This document shows, piece by piece, positions 9,501 through 17,840 of a stretch of 32,000 bases of DNA (its first letter is position 1; each line of letters starts with the position of its first letter). A program made the position numbers and the translations under genes. The DNA is from an uncultured Alphaproteobacteria bacterium. Lineage in GTDB: Bacteria; Pseudomonadota; Alphaproteobacteria; Rs-D84. Location: positions 180,001 to 212,000 of the forward strand of contig OZ007020.1 of the NCBI GenBank assembly GCA_963931495.1, written 5' to 3'. Under the pieces are notes generated by a model. The model searched no databases. It saw nothing but the letters and a program-made list of their open reading frames with translations, and was not told the DNA's origin.

Positions 9501-9619
9501 ATCGTGGGCGTATCATGCGTGACGCATTGATAAAAAATATGTCGCAAAATGAAAACGGGGTGTATAATACAAATATAGAAGGATACGATCTGTCCGTATC
9601 TATTGAAAAAGCAAATTAA
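6590..9619 (+). CDS. ileS: isoleucine--tRNA ligase, type 2 (eukaryote-like)
   Basis: FYDGPPFGNGLPHWGHL (HxGH), GWDCHGLPAE and KLSKSLGN (KMSKS) are present. The N terminus has the type-2 layout and there is no C-terminal Zn-finger tail. ATG 6590 follows AAGGAG; the TTG at 6569 is rejected. Confidence 0.97.
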   Translation: MAYPKTEPKADFPTLEHEVLAFWRNDDTFHKSLNKTKLGHPFSFYDGPPFGNGLPHWGHLGVSAVKDMVGRYQTMRGRHVVRELGWDCHGLPAENSVEKKQGKQAKDIVAQQGITAFCDMCRNDVLAYTHEWERFIERIGRWVDIGDGYGYRTMDKNYMESVMWAIKELYNRGLLYKDYRVNPYDWKLGTVLSNSEASSEYMDVVDDAITVWFELETGDRALAWTTTPWTLPANSALAVNPGMKYLRMRDSDGAVYIIAESRLAAYAKQFENAEKIGEIMGTDLVGKKYTPLFDYYTGTSDLLYKIIPADYVSDADGTGIVHIAPAYGEDDFWAVKNINPEFPVILNVDDYGNFDKTVCDWTGENIFVANPKIIQHLRENGHLVKKEQYKHSYPYGPRSKEKLIYRATDSWYIDVPKIREKLIANNNKVHWTSAGERFRTWIEGARPWSVSRNRFWGTPLPIWERDGEYKVFGSVAEIEDFFGVKIDDLHRPTLDKLTKDGWNRIPDVLDCWVESGSMPWASLHYPFENADKFNATFPADYIIEGQDQTRGWFYSLMVLATALFDSPAFKTVSVNGMVMDDNKKKLSKSLGNFTDPSEQIEKCGADAVRLFILGSNFMKAEPVSIDMAGRVFNDAIKTILTPLWNAYHFFTLYANAGNVTARAESVGTGALDKYIVAELNELISVVGAALDEYKPDVAVKEFVRFLDVLNNWYIRRGRARFWDEDQDAFDTLYHVLTNLCRTLAPFAPFISDYIYRNLTGGDSVHLQSFPNAADYDRQIVSDMRRVQAVVSVGKQLREQYKLRNRLPLAKITVAGADLSTYSDIIRDELNVKSVEFTENISDVADTFIYLITPKIGARFGAALREIIPAVKRGEYTISGDTLVVGEYVLNSDEFENRLTVRDGVTGAALPDNTAVVVLDTEINSELTAEGLANDALRFIQDTRKAIGLDVSDRINMTYWAEPALANAIELHRGRIMRDALIKNMSQNENGVYNTNIEGYDLSVSIEKAN

Positions 9620-9635
9620 ACCAAAAGGAAAAAAA

Positions 9636-10016
9636 ATGCATAGATTTTGGCACTGGGTTGTGAATGTTGTTATTATCGCTGTTGCATTTGCCGCCGGATT
9701 CGCAATTGGCGTCATAGATAATGCGGATTCACATGAAATAAAAATTACATCACAATGCACGAGTATTGGCGTGGAAAAAAGTTTTTCATCAAACTATGAA
9801 AGCATTAATGGCAAAGTAATCAAAGATGAACAACATAAATCAGAACAATATACAACACGCTGTCTGTGCTTTGCATCAAACGCATATCACAAAGATGTAT
9901 GGGTTGATACCGTTGAAATATCCGGTCAATCCGCCGATGATGTACGTACACAATGCGACAACAATTGCCAAAAAATGTGCGAAGAACGTTTGGCTGAATT
10001 CACATTCACAGAATAA
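9636..10016 (+). CDS. hypothetical membrane-anchored Cys-rich protein (126 aa)
   Basis: ATG 9636 follows AAAGGA. An N-terminal TM anchor (WVVNVVIIAVAFAAGFAIGVI) precedes a soluble part with six Cys (C..CLC...C..NC..MC). No family recognised. Confidence 0.5.
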   Translation: MHRFWHWVVNVVIIAVAFAAGFAIGVIDNADSHEIKITSQCTSIGVEKSFSSNYESINGKVIKDEQHKSEQYTTRCLCFASNAYHKDVWVDTVEISGQSADDVRTQCDNNCQKMCEERLAEFTFTE

Positions 10017-10019
10017 CGC

Positions 10020-10682
10020 ATGACATTGACACCGGATATTTATTTCAAATATGTTCCGACCGCTGTTAATATGAATATACGGTCGGAATTGTATTCTGTG
10101 AATGAATTTACATTTGCTGTGGCGGTGATTTTATCGGCCCAGGCAACCGATAAAAAAGTAAACGAAGTAACGCCGGCGTTATTTAGTGTCGCGCCATCAC
10201 CCGCTAAAATGATTGCGTTGGGTGAAGATGGACTGAAAAAACATATTCACGTGTTGTCGTTTTTTAATAACAAAGCAAAAAGTATTATTGGGTTGGCCAC
10301 GGCGTTAATGGATGATGTTGGCGGGACAGACGATAATTACAAATTTCCAAAAAAATATCATAATCGGGATGCATTAATGAAATTACCCGGCATTGGGCAA
10401 AAGACCGCAAACGTCATAATGAACGTATTGTGGAACGCACCAAATATCGGCGTGGATACGCATGTTTTCCGCAACGCACATCGTTATGGTTGGGTTGGTA
10501 TGGATGCAAATACCCCAGAAAAAGTTGAAGAACAATTGTTGGAAATAATTCCGAAAAAATATCACCCAATTGTAAATCATGTAATGGTTCTGCATGGGCG
10601 ATATATTTGTCGGGCACTGCGTCCAAAATGTGGCGATTGTCCTGTGGCGCAGTGGTGTAACGCCGGCGCAAAAACAATATAA
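10020..10682 (+). CDS. nth: endonuclease III (DNA glycosylase/AP lyase)
   Basis: LSAQATDKKVN and the HhH motif LPGIGQKTANVIM, then GVDTHVFR, are present. The C-terminal 4Fe-4S cluster pattern is C-x6-C-x2-C-x5-C (CRALRPKCGDCPVAQWC). Confidence 0.93.
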   Translation: MTLTPDIYFKYVPTAVNMNIRSELYSVNEFTFAVAVILSAQATDKKVNEVTPALFSVAPSPAKMIALGEDGLKKHIHVLSFFNNKAKSIIGLATALMDDVGGTDDNYKFPKKYHNRDALMKLPGIGQKTANVIMNVLWNAPNIGVDTHVFRNAHRYGWVGMDANTPEKVEEQLLEIIPKKYHPIVNHVMVLHGRYICRALRPKCGDCPVAQWCNAGAKTI

Positions 10683-10686
10683 AAAA

Positions 10687-10713
10687 ACACCGGCAAATGC
10701 CGGTGTTTTTTTT
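10687..10713. terminator. bidirectional rho-independent terminator between nth and pheT
   Basis: The hairpin is ACACCGGC-AAAT-GCCGGTGT. It is flanked by an A-run (10681-10686) and a T-run (10707-10713). Confidence 0.75.
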
Positions 10714-13015
10714 ACTTGTCACGGATTTGGGCATTGCATTTTTTTTCAACATTTTTGATGACCGCGTCTTGTAATTTTTGCAAATCATCATCCGACATAT
10801 TTTCCATCGGTGTAATTGTTATCGTAAATGCAATTGATTTTTTACCGTCTTGTAAATCAAACGAATCAAAAACAACAACATTTGTGATTCGTGAATCTGC
10901 GGATAATGCCGCACCGGTCAGTTTTTCAGCCGGCATATCTGAATCAACAATAAACGCAAAATCGCGCGTTATCGGTTGAAATTCAGATAATTTTGGTTCG
11001 TGTGATTTACGTGCACACGGCAAGTTATCAACATCGTCAACAATCGCAATATTTACACGTGTTTTTATTTTTAATGCACGTGCCACAATTGGTGATAGTT
11101 CACCAAATTCTGCGATTTTTTTACGACCCTGCATAATCACGCCATATCTGAACGGATGCGCCCAACGTGGCGGGTTATCAGATGATACTGTAAAATTCTG
11201 GCCATGCATCAACGCGATTAAATCCGCCTTGACGTCATATATGTCTGTTTCACGATTGCGATGTTGCCAATGGCGTGGCGAATTATTACCAGTACGAACA
11301 ATGCAAATCTGAGTATGTTGCTGCCCCGGCATATCACCGTCAAACACCGTACTTAACTCAAACATATCTAAATCAGGATATCCGCGCTTTTCATTTTCAG
11401 AAACAAAACCTAACATAGTACCAAGCAAACCATTTCTAGCTGTATCCATATCATTTACAATCGGATTGGTAATCTTGATAATCGGCTTGTCAGATACCAG
11501 TGTTTCTGTTTTTGAATTTCCGAATCCGAATGATTTCGCTTCGTTCAAGCCGCGCGCCGCCAATTCGTGTTTTACAGTGATATAATAATCGTTGTGTTTG
11601 GCACCGTCTGATGGTTTACGCACCGCTGTGCGGGCAATATTATCATATCCATATATACGGATTAATTCAGAAACTATACTTTCTGGAATTACAACATCAA
11701 CACGTGCCGCACGCGGTGTAATATACCACACACCATCAGATTCCGTTACAGTATACCCCAGTTTGTCCAGGATATCACGCTGGGTCATTGCGGGCATATC
11801 AACACCTGTTTTACACTTAAACAAATCAGGTGTATATTTTATTTTACGTGTTTCATTTGGCACACAACCACCGATGCCTGTACCAACAATTTTTCCGCCG
11901 CATACGTCTGTTATCATATGCGCTGCACGTGCCAATGCAATCCCTGATATTGTTATATCAATGCCACGTTCATAGCGATATGATGAATCTGTTGATATGC
12001 CCAGACGTTTGGACGTTTTGCGCACAGATACAGGATTAAAATACGCACTTTCCAGTATAACATTCTTGGTTTTATCTGTTGTCATGCCACGCGAACCACC
12101 AACAACGCCCGCCAATGCCAATATGCCTGTATCATCGGCAATAACCATATCCGTATCACGCAAAATATGCGTGTTACCAAACAGGTCGGTAAACTGTTCG
12201 CCCATCGTTGCCATGCGCACAGTTATATCGCCATTTATTTCATCTGCATCAAAACAATGCATTGGTTGTGCCATGTCATAACAGATATAATTCGTTGCAT
12301 CAATCGGTGCATTTTTTGGATTTATACCAATCGCCATCAGACGGGATTTTATTGTCTGATTACTGTCTGTGACATTAATGCCATGAATTTCACAAAATTG
12401 ATATACTGGGCACATATCTGTTTTAATATTCACATGTCGGCCAGATTTTACCGGTGTTAATATTTCATCCGCCGGTTCAATGTATTCGCCCGCACCACAC
12501 GCCGCCAAATCGCGCGCAATTCCGCGCACAGCCAAATAATCTGGACGATTTGGGGTAATACCCGCATCAAATACTGTTTCTGTATTTAATACTGGTGTGC
12601 CGATTTGGGCACTGCCTGGTAATTCAATTATGCCATCATGATTATCACCCAGCCCCAATTCACGTTCACTGCACATCATTCCATCAGACAAATGTCCACG
12701 GATTTTTCCGCTTTTAATCTGGTGCCCTTGGATAACACAGCCCGGCCGCGCCAATGCAGATACCAATCCCACACGTACATTGGGCGCACCACATACAACC
12801 TGGCGTAAATCTGTACCGCCATCATCAACCATTAAAATGTGTAAATGGTCGCTGCCATCCATCGGACGACATTGCACAATTTTTGCAGCAATCGGCGCAA
12901 TTGGTACAGTTAAATCTTCAACTTCCAGTCCGGTACGGGTTAATATATCGGCAATCTGCTGGGCCGACAAGTCCGTTTTCAAGTAATCTTTTAACCAATC
13001 ATAAGTCCATTTCAT
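10712..13015 (-). CDS. pheT: phenylalanine--tRNA ligase beta subunit
   Basis: The N terminus MKWTYDWLKDYL is followed by the tRNA-binding domain (QVVCGAPNVRVG...GMMCSERELG), then B3/4, B5 and a C-terminal FDX-ACB-like domain. Length is 767 aa. Confidence 0.97.
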   Translation of the reverse strand: MKWTYDWLKDYLKTDLSAQQIADILTRTGLEVEDLTVPIAPIAAKIVQCRPMDGSDHLHILMVDDGGTDLRQVVCGAPNVRVGLVSALARPGCVIQGHQIKSGKIRGHLSDGMMCSERELGLGDNHDGIIELPGSAQIGTPVLNTETVFDAGITPNRPDYLAVRGIARDLAACGAGEYIEPADEILTPVKSGRHVNIKTDMCPVYQFCEIHGINVTDSNQTIKSRLMAIGINPKNAPIDATNYICYDMAQPMHCFDADEINGDITVRMATMGEQFTDLFGNTHILRDTDMVIADDTGILALAGVVGGSRGMTTDKTKNVILESAYFNPVSVRKTSKRLGISTDSSYRYERGIDITISGIALARAAHMITDVCGGKIVGTGIGGCVPNETRKIKYTPDLFKCKTGVDMPAMTQRDILDKLGYTVTESDGVWYITPRAARVDVVIPESIVSELIRIYGYDNIARTAVRKPSDGAKHNDYYITVKHELAARGLNEAKSFGFGNSKTETLVSDKPIIKITNPIVNDMDTARNGLLGTMLGFVSENEKRGYPDLDMFELSTVFDGDMPGQQHTQICIVRTGNNSPRHWQHRNRETDIYDVKADLIALMHGQNFTVSSDNPPRWAHPFRYGVIMQGRKKIAEFGELSPIVARALKIKTRVNIAIVDDVDNLPCARKSHEPKLSEFQPITRDFAFIVDSDMPAEKLTGAALSADSRITNVVVFDSFDLQDGKKSIAFTITITPMENMSDDDLQKLQDAVIKNVEKKCNAQIRDK

Positions 13016-13033
13016 TTTACGCCTCGTTATATT

Positions 13034-13981
13034 TTAGAAACCAGCACTTTTTAACCAACGAATATCACCGTCATAAAGCTTTCTTAAATCGTTCAGCCCA
13101 TACTTTAACATCGCAAGTCTGTCCCAACCAAAACCAAAAGCAAAACCCTGATATTCGTCTGGATTAATACCGCAATTACGTAGAACATTTGGATGAACCA
13201 TACCAGCACCCATTAATTCTAACCACTTATCACCATGCCATTTCATATCTATTTCTATACTTGGTTCGGTGAAAGGAAAGTAAGACGGACGAATGCGTAA
13301 TTCAACATTATCCATTTCAAAGAATCTTTTTAGAAATTCTTGCACATCGCCAATCAAATCAGACATTGTTATATTTTTATCTATATACAAACCTTCTATT
13401 TGGTGGAACATTGGTCCATGTGTTGCGTCCATTTCTTTACGATATGTTGCACCTATACCAAACATCTTTATTGGTGCCCCATTTTTTTCCATACTGCGAA
13501 TTTGTATTGCAGACGTTTGAGTGCGCATTACATTGCCATTTGGTAAAAAGAATGTATCTTGCATATCACGCGCAGGGTGATGCATAGGTGTATTTAGTGC
13601 AGTAAAATTATGCCAATCATCTTCTATCTCTGGTCCTGTCCACATTTCATAACCAAAAGATTCTAAAATTGCAGAAACATCTTCCAAAGCACGCGTAACT
13701 GGATGCAAAGTTCCCACATTTTCTGGTTGCGGGTTTAATGAAACATCTAACTTTTGCTTTTTAAGCCCTGCCATTAATGCAGCTTGTTCCAGTTCAGCTT
13801 GTTTTAACTTAAACAAATCACGCAAAAGAGTGTTCTCTTTATTTAATTCTGCGCGTGCATCATTATCCAAATTTTTCATGTTTTTTAATTTGGCCGTCAT
13901 CGTACCGTTTTTGCCGAACGTCGCGGTGTACAGTGCCTGTAAATCTTCCAGCGTTTTTATATTCTTTATCTGTTCTTGCAT
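13034..13981 (-). CDS. pheS: phenylalanine--tRNA ligase alpha subunit
   Basis: Class II motifs are present: HPARDMQDTFF, YRKEMDATHGPMFHQIEG and FGFGWDRLAMLKYG. It lies 18 nt upstream of pheT. Confidence 0.97.
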   Translation of the reverse strand: MQEQIKNIKTLEDLQALYTATFGKNGTMTAKLKNMKNLDNDARAELNKENTLLRDLFKLKQAELEQAALMAGLKKQKLDVSLNPQPENVGTLHPVTRALEDVSAILESFGYEMWTGPEIEDDWHNFTALNTPMHHPARDMQDTFFLPNGNVMRTQTSAIQIRSMEKNGAPIKMFGIGATYRKEMDATHGPMFHQIEGLYIDKNITMSDLIGDVQEFLKRFFEMDNVELRIRPSYFPFTEPSIEIDMKWHGDKWLELMGAGMVHPNVLRNCGINPDEYQGFAFGFGWDRLAMLKYGLNDLRKLYDGDIRWLKSAGF

Positions 13982-14000
13982 AACATTACCCCGTTTTATA

Positions 14001-14026
14001 AAAACAAAAAGCCGTCATATGACGGC
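14001..14026 (-). terminator. hairpin plus T-run between rplT and pheS (terminator or attenuator)
   Basis: The palindrome GCCGTCATATGACGGC (14011-14026) is followed on the minus strand by TTTTTGTTTT (plus-strand A-run 14001-14010). Confidence 0.6.
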
Positions 14027-14063
14027 CTTTATAATACAAAAAAATCAACCCACCGCCAAGGCT

Positions 14064-14432
14064 TTATTTAGCATCCGCGGCGATAAATCGTTTTGCAGTA
14101 TCAACCAATTTTGCAAAGTTTGCATCCCCGGCATATGCCATCTGGGCCAAAACTTTTCTGTCCAGTGTAACGCCGGCTTTTTTCAAACCATTCATAAATT
14201 GGCTGTATGTCATACCATTGCTACGTACGGCGGCATTAATACGAACAATCCACAACCCACGAAATTCGCGTTTTTTTACGCGACGATCGCGATATGCATA
14301 TTGTCCGGCCTTTTCTGTTTTTTCACGTGCGGCACGGTATGTCGTACTGTGACGCCCCAGGTATCCTTTGGCACGCGCCAATATTTTCTTGTGTTTCTGT
14401 TTAACGGTTGTTCCACGTTTAACCCTTGCCAT
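14064..14432 (-). CDS. rplT: 50S ribosomal protein L20
   Basis: [18 protein letters not shown]...[24 protein letters not shown] matches L20. AAGGGGG lies upstream. Confidence 0.97.
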   Translation of the reverse strand: MARVKRGTTVKQKHKKILARAKGYLGRHSTTYRAAREKTEKAGQYAYRDRRVKKREFRGLWIVRINAAVRSNGMTYSQFMNGLKKAGVTLDRKVLAQMAYAGDANFAKLVDTAKRFIAADAK

Positions 14433-14449
14433 GAATCTACCCCCTTATA

Positions 14450-14653
14450 TTATTTCAAACCATACGGGGCCAAGATTTTCGCCTGGCCGGTCATATTGTC
14501 ATTCAAATATTGCGGTTTTGACCCAGCGTTGTTTGCACGCTTGGACTTGTTACGCAACAGTTTTTTGTGGGCATTTCTGGCAACACGGATTTTACCGGTC
14601 GCAGTCATAGATGCGCGCTTTTTCAAGTACGACTTTGTTTTTAATTTTGGCAT
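14450..14653 (-). CDS. rpmI: 50S ribosomal protein L35
   Basis: The internal start MPKLKTKS... follows AAAGAGG and gives 67 aa. The track ORF extension to 14830 is rejected. Confidence 0.9.
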   Translation of the reverse strand: MPKLKTKSYLKKRASMTATGKIRVARNAHKKLLRNKSKRANNAGSKPQYLNDNMTGQAKILAPYGLK

Positions 14654-14793
14654 TTTAACCTCTTTCTTTTTAATCCTGGTGGCAATGCCTGATGCCACTT
14701 TGGATACGTTACATGCGTTGTATTTTGGCATAATTAAATGAAAAATCAAGTTTTTATTGAATCTGGGGATTTTAATGTCTAAACTTATGCCCG

Positions 14794-15615
14794 ATGAACC
14801 AAAATAAAATGTCCGCCCGATTGAAATCAATATTAAAATCCGCTGCTGCGGCCGCGGTGTTGCCGGTTGTTTTTATATACATCATGATTGCAAAGCCAGA
14901 TTATAAATTGATTGATGGGTTGGCACATATTGTTCTGCCGGTCGCAAATTGGGTGGGGGATGTTGTAACATGGCCAATTCGTGCCGTTGGGGCGGCAATT
15001 GATAATGTTCGCGAATTATCAAACTTGCGTACTGAAAATGAAGAACTGCGCATGCGTCTGGATGATGCGTTGCGAAATCAAAACGCATGTGAAATCGCAA
15101 TCGCAGAAAATAAAAAACTGGAACACGAACTGGATTTGATCCAGTCCCAGCCACGTGGCGCAATTATCGCCGATGTTACATATGATAATGCGGTATTTAA
15201 TCGTAACAATTTCTTGATAAACAAGGGTGTACAACATGGTCTGGAAAATGGAATGGTGGTCATTTCCACAGATGGAATGTTGGTCGGTATAATCACAGAT
15301 GTTGCACCATATTTTGCACGCGTGCGTACATTAACAGATTCTGATTCAAATATTGCCGTGCGAATCGCGGGTTCTGATATATATGGATTTCTGCATGGGA
15401 ATGGTTCAAATACACCAACAATCGGTTTTTTCAGTGACACGGAATTTCAACCAACCCCGGGATTAAAACTGATTACCAGTAATATCAGCGGAATGTTACC
15501 AAATGGCATATATGTTGGCGAAACAGCAAATGAATCAGACGTTACAGTTATGCCGTCAAAAAAATTATCACGGGTTATTGTGTTGCAATTTGATAATTCA
15601 ACCGAATATAAGTAA
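14794..15615 (+). CDS. mreC: rod shape-determining protein MreC
   Basis: An N-terminal TM segment is followed by a coiled coil (LRTENEELRMRLDD..ENKKLEHEL). The beta-barrel domain shows NAVFNRNNFLINKG..GMVVISTDGMLVGIITDV..ARVRTLTDSDSNIAVRI. The start could instead be the ATG at 14809. Confidence 0.9.
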   Translation: MNQNKMSARLKSILKSAAAAAVLPVVFIYIMIAKPDYKLIDGLAHIVLPVANWVGDVVTWPIRAVGAAIDNVRELSNLRTENEELRMRLDDALRNQNACEIAIAENKKLEHELDLIQSQPRGAIIADVTYDNAVFNRNNFLINKGVQHGLENGMVVISTDGMLVGIITDVAPYFARVRTLTDSDSNIAVRIAGSDIYGFLHGNGSNTPTIGFFSDTEFQPTPGLKLITSNISGMLPNGIYVGETANESDVTVMPSKKLSRVIVLQFDNSTEYK

Positions 15616-16073
15616 TGAAGAAAAAAATTATTAATTTTTTACGCGCGGCAACGCCATTTTTAATAACCATCGCTTTATGGCGATTATCTGTTGCGTTTTG
15701 GAATCCTGCTGGAATATTGGCAATAATACCTGTATTTTATTGCTCTTTTGTGCGGCCAATTCCATGGTTTGTTCCGTTTGCAATAATAATATGCTTTTTA
15801 ATAGATTACCGTTCAGAAACACTGGTATATTGGACTGTATTATATTTTATTTTTTATGCCATCAATGGATTCCAAAATTTTATTGATTTAACCAGAATGG
15901 ATAAAAACGCGTTAAAAATTTTTATGCTTTTTTTCTGTATTGCAATCGCAATACAAACAATCGCAGATTTTACCGTTGACGGAATGATGCGTGCAACATG
16001 GCTGTTTGCGTGGACGTCTGTGTTATATATACCAATAACTGCACTGATTAAAAAGGTCTGTGATGATAGATAA
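15615..16073 (+). CDS. mreD: rod shape-determining protein MreD (polytopic membrane protein)
   Basis: The call rests mainly on synteny (mreC-X-mrdA-rodA), a size of 152 aa and multiple TM helices. Its start overlaps the mreC stop (TAATG). Confidence 0.65.
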   Translation: MKKKIINFLRAATPFLITIALWRLSVAFWNPAGILAIIPVFYCSFVRPIPWFVPFAIIICFLIDYRSETLVYWTVLYFIFYAINGFQNFIDLTRMDKNALKIFMLFFCIAIAIQTIADFTVDGMMRATWLFAWTSVLYIPITALIKKVCDDR

Positions 16074-17838
16074 AGAAGTTGCAAAATTATTTGACCGACG
16101 CAGTGCACTGTTTTTAACAGGTGGTGCAATACTGACATCTGTTCTGGTATTGCGTATGTTACAGATGCAATTATTTAACTATCGCGAATATACACAAAAA
16201 AGCCAGAATAATTCTTTCCGGATTCAAATAAATATGCCAGAACGTGGGAAAATATTGTCTGCTGATGGCAAGCCGATTTCACGCGACGCACCAACATACA
16301 GAATATACATTATCCCCGAAGAAACAGATGATGTAAACGCAACCGTTGCAACAATTGCCAACGAATTAAAATTAAGCAAAAAACGCAAAGATTATATATA
16401 TGCGCGTATAAAAAAACAACGCGCATTTCAACCTGTTTTAATCACAGAAAATTCCGACTGGACAATGCTGGCAAAATTACAGGCACGAAACATACCTGGG
16501 GTTCATATACGTAACGGTTTTGCGCGTGTGTACGAAATGGGACCGGCCGGGGCACAAATATTCGGATATGTCGGTTCCCCAGAAACACCGGTTGAAAATG
16601 CGCCCTTTTTTACCACTGGGGTAACTGGTTTAGAAAAAAGATATAATGATGTATTGGCGGGAATTCCCGGTCAAACAGTGATGATTACAAATGCGGTGGG
16701 GCGTGTTACTGGCGAAGACAAAACACAATTTCGGCCGGCAATTACCGGCAATAACCTGGGGACAACAATTCGTGGGGATATTCAACGTATACTGTATGAT
16801 GAACTGACGCTTTATCGTTCTGGATGCGGGGTCGTGCTGGATATAAAAACAGGCGATATATTGGCAATGGTTTCAGCGCCCAGTTTTGACCCAAACATGT
16901 TTGATTCATATGATGCAGATGAATATATAAAAACACTGCGTAATAATTATATGAAGCCTTTTATGAACAAGGCCACAGAAGGGTTGTACCCCCCCGGTTC
17001 AACATTCAAAATTGTTGTTGCATTGGCGGCACTGGAATCAGGCGCAATTACACCAAACGAAAAAATACATTGTCCAGGACATTGGGATTATGGTGATCGG
17101 CGCTATCACTGTTGGGAAGAAGGTGGGCACGGATGGGTCAACCTGGCTGATGCATTAAAGCATTCATGCGATATATACTTTTACCAAGTGGCATTACGTA
17201 TCGGTATTGATTCAATCAAAGAAATGGCGTTAAAACTGGGGCTGGGGCAAAAGTTTATGGATGGGGTACTGTCACGTGAAATGGCCGGAATTATCCCAGA
17301 CAGATATTGGAAAGAAGAACAAATCGGATACCGTTGGGTACATGGTGATACAATAATTTCTGGGATTGGCCAGGGCTTTATACTGACAAATTGCCTGCAA
17401 TTGGCGGTTATGACGGCGCGAACAGTGTCTAACCGATGTGTGGTGCCACGATTAATTGCGGCAGATGATGTCGCAACGTTTGACAGTCTGGGATTACAAC
17501 CTGAAAATGTTCGTGCGGTGTTACGTGGACTGGAACAAGTTACGCGCAAAGGCGGCACCGCGGCATCCAGCGCAATTAATGTTGATGGTGCACGAATGGG
17601 TGGTAAAACAGGAACATCCCAAGTACGCAGTATTTCACGCGCAGAACGTGAAAGTGGCGTTTTGAGCAACGAAGAATTAAAGTGGAATATGCGCAACCAT
17701 GGAATATTCGTTGGATATGCCCCAACAAATTCCCCAAGATATGCGGTTTCTGTTATAACAGAACATGCCGGTACATCTGGGCCGGCGGCACATACAGTGG
17801 CAAAAGTTATGCGTGAATTATTAAAGGATAAAAAGTAA
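16063..17838 (+). CDS. mrdA: penicillin-binding protein 2 (elongasome transpeptidase)
   Basis: An N-terminal TM anchor, the PPGSTFK (SxxK) motif and KTGTS are present. ATG 16063 (or GTG 16060) overlaps the mreD end. Confidence 0.93.
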   Translation: MIDKEVAKLFDRRSALFLTGGAILTSVLVLRMLQMQLFNYREYTQKSQNNSFRIQINMPERGKILSADGKPISRDAPTYRIYIIPEETDDVNATVATIANELKLSKKRKDYIYARIKKQRAFQPVLITENSDWTMLAKLQARNIPGVHIRNGFARVYEMGPAGAQIFGYVGSPETPVENAPFFTTGVTGLEKRYNDVLAGIPGQTVMITNAVGRVTGEDKTQFRPAITGNNLGTTIRGDIQRILYDELTLYRSGCGVVLDIKTGDILAMVSAPSFDPNMFDSYDADEYIKTLRNNYMKPFMNKATEGLYPPGSTFKIVVALAALESGAITPNEKIHCPGHWDYGDRRYHCWEEGGHGWVNLADALKHSCDIYFYQVALRIGIDSIKEMALKLGLGQKFMDGVLSREMAGIIPDRYWKEEQIGYRWVHGDTIISGIGQGFILTNCLQLAVMTARTVSNRCVVPRLIAADDVATFDSLGLQPENVRAVLRGLEQVTRKGGTAASSAINVDGARMGGKTGTSQVRSISRAERESGVLSNEELKWNMRNHGIFVGYAPTNSPRYAVSVITEHAGTSGPAAHTVAKVMRELLKDKK

Positions 17839-17840
17839 AA

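Noticed and set aside
13830-14741. A 303-aa plus-strand ORF spans the pheS 5' end, rplT and rpmI.
   Set aside because: It is entirely antisense to three strongly recognisable genes and crosses their intergenic spacers. The translation is low-complexity, Phe/Cys-rich and has no motif. This is a typical stop-poor shadow frame.
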